Made by a program: the position numbers and the translations under genes. Positions 59,279 through 64,000 of a DNA stretch of 64,000 bases are shown here, piece by piece; positions within the stretch are counted from its first letter, which is position 1; every line of letters starts with the position of its first letter. Source of the stretch: Thainema sp. GTDB lineage: Bacteria; Cyanobacteriota; Cyanobacteriia; Phormidesmidales; Phormidesmidaceae. The notes beneath the pieces were generated by a model. The model did not search any database. It was given only the letters and a program-made list of their open reading frames with translations, and had not been told where the DNA came from. The DNA lies in NCBI GenBank assembly GCA_052168235.1, contig JBQLZK010000003.1, forward strand, positions 136,677 through 200,676, written 5' to 3'.

Positions 59279-60322
59279 ATGGTTCAATCGCCCGATTTTA
59301 CAGCCACCAATCCGGATCAATTGTCTCAAGCGTCAGTGGGTAAGTCTCCTGTTACGCCGTTTGAGCGGAAGCTGGGGCAAGCGTTAACGAAGCAGTCGAT
59401 TACGGTGTTGCAGGTGAATTTAGGCCGACGCTGCAATTTGAGCTGTAGCCACTGTCATGTTGAGGCGGGGCCCCATCGGACGGAGGAGCTGTCGCCAGAG
59501 GTGTGCGATCGCATTATTTCGCTGATTGAGCAGTTTCCGCAGATTCAAACGGTGGATCTGACGGGGGGTGCGCCGGAGATGAACTATGGGTTTCGGCCTA
59601 TTGTGGAGGCGGCGCGCCGGACTGGCAAAGAGGTGATTGTGCGCTCCAATCTGACAATTTTCTTTGAGCCGGGATATGAGGATCTACCGGAGTATTTGGC
59701 GCAGCAGCAGGTGCGGGTGGTGGCTTCTCTGCCCTGTTACAGCGCTAAGAATGTGGATCAGATGCGCGGTCAGGGTGTGTTTGACGGTTCGATTCGGGCG
59801 TTGCAGAAGCTGAATGAACTGGGCTATGCCCAAGACCCGAATTTAATGTTGGATTTGGTTTACAACCCGCAGATTCCGTCAACCACCAATTTTTCACTGA
59901 CGCCAGATCAGCAAAAGCTTCAGGGTGACTATCAGACGCGGCTGTTTGAGGATTTTGGCGTTCGGTTCAACAATTTGTTCACGATTACCAATTTGCCGAT
60001 TGGCCGCACGAAGTTTCATCTCCAGCACCGCCAGCTGCATCAGCCGTATCTGGAATTTCTGGAAGCGAACTTTAATGCCAGTACGGTGGAGCATTTGATG
60101 TGTCGCAATGAGCTGTCGATTGACTATTTGGGCAATGTTTACGATTGCGACTTTAACCAAATGGAAAATCTGCCTGCTCGGACGGCTGATGGTGAGCCTG
60201 TGACGGTGAAGCGCTTACTGAAGGCGGGCACGCTGGATTTGATTGAGACCGTGAAAACCGCGCCCTACTGCTACGGCTGCACGGCTGGTAGCGGGTCAAG
60301 CTGTGGTGGTGCCCTGTTATAG
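59279..60322 (+). CDS. arsS: ArsS-family radical SAM protein (arsenosugar biosynthesis; DUF3641-type C-terminus)
   Basis: LQVNLGRRCNLSCSHCHVEAGP.RTE, DLTGGAPE, ASLPCY, LMCR...YDCDFNQ, CYGCTAGSGSSCGGAL. Confidence 0.85.
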   Translation: MVQSPDFTATNPDQLSQASVGKSPVTPFERKLGQALTKQSITVLQVNLGRRCNLSCSHCHVEAGPHRTEELSPEVCDRIISLIEQFPQIQTVDLTGGAPEMNYGFRPIVEAARRTGKEVIVRSNLTIFFEPGYEDLPEYLAQQQVRVVASLPCYSAKNVDQMRGQGVFDGSIRALQKLNELGYAQDPNLMLDLVYNPQIPSTTNFSLTPDQQKLQGDYQTRLFEDFGVRFNNLFTITNLPIGRTKFHLQHRQLHQPYLEFLEANFNASTVEHLMCRNELSIDYLGNVYDCDFNQMENLPARTADGEPVTVKRLLKAGTLDLIETVKTAPYCYGCTAGSGSSCGGALL

Positions 60323-60344
60323 CCCTTTATGAGGTTCAATCCCC

Positions 60345-61157
60345 ATGTCCAAGTCCACTTCTCACCAAAGCCTGTCGTTTCGCTCTACGTTTCGTTCTAA
60401 AGGTTGGAACCGGATTATGTCTTTTAGTGCGATCGCAACTCTCACAACTGTCGCGACAACCCTCCTCTCCTCTCCAGCACTGGCACAGACCACCAGCGGT
60501 TTCAACCCGCAGGACTGGATGCAGGCGGCACTGCAGTGGGTAGACAGCTTGGGCTTTTGGGGGCCATTTGCTTTTATCGTGCTCTACATTGTGGCGACAG
60601 TGGCATTTTTGCCCGGTTCGATTTTGACCCTGGGCGCAGGCGTGGTGTTTGGCGTCGTCAAAGGAGCGCTATTTGTGTTCATTGGCGCGATGCTGGGCGC
60701 AACGGCGGCGTTTATCGTCGGTCGCTACGTGGCGCGAGACTGGGTGAGCAAGAAGGTCAACCGCAATCCCAAGTTCAAGGCGCTGGATGATGCCATTGGT
60801 CGCGAAGGCCGCAAAATTCTGCTTTTACTACGACTGTCGCCTGCCTTCCCATTCAACTTGCTCAACTACGCGATGGGACTAACCCGCATTTCTCTCCCAG
60901 ACTACGTGACGGGCACGGCAGGCATTATTCCCGGCACCATCATGTACGTCTATCTCGGTTCGCTGGCTGGCAGCATCGCCATGATTGGCTCCGGGGACAC
61001 ACCGAGTAATCCCACTGTGCAGTGGACGATTCGCATCGTCGGATTTATCGCAACTGTAGCCGTCACGGTGTACGTAACCAAGATTGCCCGCAAAGCCCTC
61101 AACGAAGCTGCCCCCGAAATCGCCCAATCATCAGAACAACCAGAAGCCTCTGCTTAA
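60345..61157 (+). CDS. TVP38/TMEM64 (DedA/VTT) family membrane protein
   Basis: FLPGSILTLGAGVVFG, GATAAF.VGRY, LLRLSPAFPFNLLNY..GLT, GIIPGT..YVYLG. Confidence 0.93.
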   Translation: MSKSTSHQSLSFRSTFRSKGWNRIMSFSAIATLTTVATTLLSSPALAQTTSGFNPQDWMQAALQWVDSLGFWGPFAFIVLYIVATVAFLPGSILTLGAGVVFGVVKGALFVFIGAMLGATAAFIVGRYVARDWVSKKVNRNPKFKALDDAIGREGRKILLLLRLSPAFPFNLLNYAMGLTRISLPDYVTGTAGIIPGTIMYVYLGSLAGSIAMIGSGDTPSNPTVQWTIRIVGFIATVAVTVYVTKIARKALNEAAPEIAQSSEQPEASA

Positions 61158-61160
61158 GCA

Positions 61161-61250
61161 CGCGGATTTAATCAGGTGAAATCTTTGAGGGAGGGACACG
61201 GCATTGCCGTGCCCCTACAGATGGGACGGTTGACAGGCTATTTAATCCAC
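61161..61250. repeat. REP-like element, copy 2
   Basis: Aligns end to end with 33583-33675. Confidence 0.75.
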
Positions 61251-61279
61251 AATTCTTGGGGTATCTGCTGCTAATCCTG

Positions 61280-61348
61280 GGGAAGGGCGGGTTTTGATCA
61301 ACACGCTTCCATTCAGCACTATCATCTGCGGCTAAATCCGCCCCTACA
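61280..61348. repeat. REP-like GGGCGGGTTT...AAATCCGCCCCTAC element
   Basis: gggcgggttt and aaatccgcccctac form imperfect inverted ends. Confidence 0.55.
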
Positions 61349-61462
61349 GCACCCTTCAACATTCGGTTGCACCAAATCCAAGGCCACACATGCAGATCCC
61401 TCGCTCCCTTGTACCATCTTAATTTGTCATCAACAAGCAACGATATTAAGGATGGCCGTTCA

Positions 61463-62128
61463 ATGAACAACTGTTGGCAATCCAAACAATTGTGGTTCAT
61501 TGCCGGACTGACGGCGTTAGGAACTGTCATTCTGGCCACCCCCATTCGTCACGTTCTCGATCATCGGGTGGTGTTCGACTATCTGGAAATGCTGGAGCGA
61601 ACCTGGGCGATCGCAACTTTCCTGGCGGCTCATATCGTAGCCACCACGCTGGGCGTCCCCGGCACCGTCCTCGTCATCGCCGGAGGAGCTGTTTTCGGCC
61701 TGGTTTGGGGCAGTTTGTTATCGGTGATTGGGGCGACCTTAGGTGCGATCGCAGCTTTTCTGCTGTCCCGCTATCTACTACACGACTGGTTCAATCGCCG
61801 CTTCCAGCAGTCCCCTCGCCTGCAACAGCTCCAGCAAATCCTGCGCCATAACTCTCTGCACTGTGTCCTAGCCGTCCGATTTGCGCCCATTTCACCGTTC
61901 AACCTAGCCAATTTTCTGTTTGGCCTGACTCCCGTTTCTCTCCGCGCCTACGTCCTCGGTACATTCATTGGCATCATCCCCGGCACTATCGCCTACACCT
62001 GGCTCGGTGTCACCGGACACCAAGCCTTTCAGCACGGCAACTGGTGGCCCTTTGCGATCGCATCTAGCTTCCTGGTTGTTCTGTCCCTGATGCCGTTGCT
62101 AGCCCGTCAATCCGGATCTCGCTTCTGA
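61463..62128 (+). CDS. TVP38/TMEM64 (DedA/VTT) family membrane protein, second paralog
   Basis: GVPGTVLVIAGGAVFG, GATLGAIAAF, RFAPISPFNLANFLFGLT, GIIPGT. Start placed at the ATG at 61463. Confidence 0.9.
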   Translation: MNNCWQSKQLWFIAGLTALGTVILATPIRHVLDHRVVFDYLEMLERTWAIATFLAAHIVATTLGVPGTVLVIAGGAVFGLVWGSLLSVIGATLGAIAAFLLSRYLLHDWFNRRFQQSPRLQQLQQILRHNSLHCVLAVRFAPISPFNLANFLFGLTPVSLRAYVLGTFIGIIPGTIAYTWLGVTGHQAFQHGNWWPFAIASSFLVVLSLMPLLARQSGSRF

Positions 62129-62712
62129 CGACGAGGATTCGCCTGATCTCGTTGCGCTTGGGCCAGATACCAGCGTCGCCAAGTTTGGGACGAACGAATC
62201 GCTAACCAGAGCAACAACAGCGCAATAATGCCGCCCTGCTGGGGTGCATCAAAGGCAAACAGCACCAGCGAAATACAGAGAAAATCCTGGAGCAGGATAG
62301 TCCAAAACGGCAGTTTTGGCATGCGATAGAACAGGCCGAGCTGCACCAGGTGAATCACTAAGGCGACGAGTCCGCCAATCAGGGCAAACAAGAAGACTAG
62401 CCAGGAGTCCACATCCATTGTTGCGGCAATCGCCAATGCTGCGATCGCACCCACAACTGGTGCAAATCCCACCTGAGTTGTCTGGATAATCCGGCGACCA
62501 ATGCGATCTCGGAAGGCAAAGATCTCAAACAGCGACCAGCTAACCAGGATTCCGAGCGCAACCGGAGGCGGAATGTGTCTGAGTAGCGGTACGTTTGACC
62601 AGAGCGGCTCTCCTTGCAATAGGCCAATCAGCAGCAGGGGCAACGCAATTCGCATACCGCTTGCCGCTGCAATAGACAAAATTGCGAGCAGTTCTACCAA
62701 GAAAAACACCAA
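62107..62712 (-). CDS. DUF4126-like membrane protein
   Basis: LSIAAASGMRIALPLLLIGL, WSLFE, PVVGAI, QDFLC; multiple TM segments. Confidence 0.75.
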   Translation of the reverse strand: MVFFLVELLAILSIAAASGMRIALPLLLIGLLQGEPLWSNVPLLRHIPPPVALGILVSWSLFEIFAFRDRIGRRIIQTTQVGFAPVVGAIAALAIAATMDVDSWLVFLFALIGGLVALVIHLVQLGLFYRMPKLPFWTILLQDFLCISLVLFAFDAPQQGGIIALLLLWLAIRSSQTWRRWYLAQAQRDQANPRRQKRDPD

Positions 62713-63201
62713 TCAGCACACCTAACAGTCCAAATCAATCATGCTAAATTCATACCGCAACATCTACAACACTAGACGGTAATACTGCACACTAGCCTAT
62801 TCAAGCTATATAGCAATTTTGCAGTCGTTGAGAGAAGTGGGTCTGTCCACCCATTACAACTCTTTCATAAAGATTCAACCCGCTATTCTCAGCATGCAGC
62901 ACTTAAAGCAGCAAGGAGAGAGGCGTAAGCAGTAAAGCGGATTTCGGCTCCTCAATACTCAATACGCAGCACTCAGCACTTACCCATCTACAGCACCACT
63001 AGCTAAGCCCACAGGTCAGCAACCATCCGTCTAAAGGAATTTGCCGAGATCAAACAGCATTAAAAGTTCTCACCTTTAAGAATGACACGCTTCAAGTGAT
63101 GATCCTTCGACAGTAGGATTTTTGCTAGCGCTCCCTCGCAGGGGAGACGGTTCGCCGTAAACGTTTCGATACGTTAAGGGCAGATGAATTCAATTTATTT
63201 T

Positions 63202-63849
63202 ATGGCTGACCAAAATCAACACAATCAAAACTTCAATAATCAAAATCCAGTTGAAGAGACTCGCGAGCAGGTTCAGCAAGCTGCTGAAGGCGCTGAGCAT
63301 GCAGCTCGTGAAACTCAGGCTCAGATGCAAGCTGCGGTTGAAAATACTGAAGGTGCTGTACAGCGCACCATCAGCAATGTGAAAAGCAGCATACCGAATC
63401 CGGCTCCTGAAGCCAAGGAATTTAAGACTCAATCCACCGCATTCGATGTGAAATCCCGCCTTCTGTGGGGTGAGCCTGGACTAACCATTCTCGACGTGCG
63501 CGATCGCGAATCGTTCAACGATCTCCGCATCATGGGTGCCATTGCAGCTCCAATGCTAGAAGGTTCCACCCCTGCGCAGATCAGCAGTTTAGAAGCCAAT
63601 CGCGACATCTATATTTACGGTGCCAACGACCAGGAAGCGCACCAAGCTGCTCAAGATCTTCGCAACTCTGGCTTTAGAAAAGTTGCCATCATCGAAGGTG
63701 GCTTAAGTGCATGGATGGATATCGCTGGCCCCACCGAAGGTCGCGCATCCTTACATGAGGAACCTAGCCAATCCGAGTTCAACATCATGTCTCGCTTACA
63801 GGAATACTCCGACATGCGCGATCGCGAAGCCGCTCAGGCATCCTCATAA
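63202..63849 (+). CDS. Rhodanese-like domain protein with Gln/Ala-rich N-terminal extension
   Basis: KSRL.WGEPGLTILDVRDR..FN..RIMGA, IYIYG, LRNSGF..VA.IEGGL.AW...GPTEG. Confidence 0.88.
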   Translation: MADQNQHNQNFNNQNPVEETREQVQQAAEGAEHAARETQAQMQAAVENTEGAVQRTISNVKSSIPNPAPEAKEFKTQSTAFDVKSRLLWGEPGLTILDVRDRESFNDLRIMGAIAAPMLEGSTPAQISSLEANRDIYIYGANDQEAHQAAQDLRNSGFRKVAIIEGGLSAWMDIAGPTEGRASLHEEPSQSEFNIMSRLQEYSDMRDREAAQASS

Positions 63850-63865
63850 CCCAGAACTTTCCCAA

Positions 63866-63938
63866 GAGGCACGCACCGCGTGCCTCACGCAATCATCTTG
63901 CCCAAAGCCGCGCCACCCCAGCGTGGCTTTGTTTTTTT
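63866..63938 (+). terminator. Tandem hairpins ending in a U-tract
   Basis: gaggcacgc..gcgtgcctc, then aaagccgcgc..gcgtggcttt followed by gttttttt. Confidence 0.6.
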
Positions 63939-64000
63939 ATTCATTTTTTGTAATTGCTCAACCCAGTAGCCAATCGGACTGCTGAGAGGTAAGGGCACGA

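Larger units (their letters stand above)
1..64000. repeat. HIP1 octamer GCGATCGC dispersed throughout, often as TGCGATCGCA
   Basis: Dozens of copies in coding and intergenic DNA (e.g. ~2837, 5727, 8027, 9843, 28851, 36207, 47091). Confidence 0.95.

Noticed and set aside
62808..62888. Possible degenerate MITE (tatagcaatttt...aacccgctat)
   Set aside because: Terminal repeats too degenerate and no second copy in the window.

Overview
A 64-kb chromosomal window from a cyanobacterium. Evidence: petC-petA, gap2, a cyanobacterial-type rpoZ, a DevH-type Crp regulator and very dense HIP1 sites (GCGATCGC, often TGCGATCGCA). The gene repertoire suggests a filamentous Leptolyngbya-like organism, but that is inference. 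Most of the window is core housekeeping: cofH, rpoZ, tsaE, PBP1A, petCA, tatC, a lytic transglycosylase, mscL, ybeY, comB, gatB, proB, gap2, nadD, murC-murB-ybaB, sfsA and murJ. I saw no rRNA, tRNA, CRISPR array or intact transposase. The intergenic spaces hold several small non-autonomous elements, including a nested MITE with an 8-bp target-site duplication, REP-like GTAGGG..CCCTAC hairpins and long perfect palindromes. Most interesting: (1) two neighbouring unannotated genes (37112-38175) share a 20-residue Pro/Val/Ile motif, a candidate small-subunit plus partner assembly system; (2) a histidine kinase carries both a DXCF cyanobacteriochrome GAF and a GAF with far-red-CBCR signature residues; (3) a tandem pair of two-repeat proteins has upstream motifs conserved at identical spacing; (4) an arsS-DedA-DedA cluster lacks arsM; (5) two acidic exported proteins, one ending in PVRALW. 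All product calls come from motif recognition only; no database search was run.
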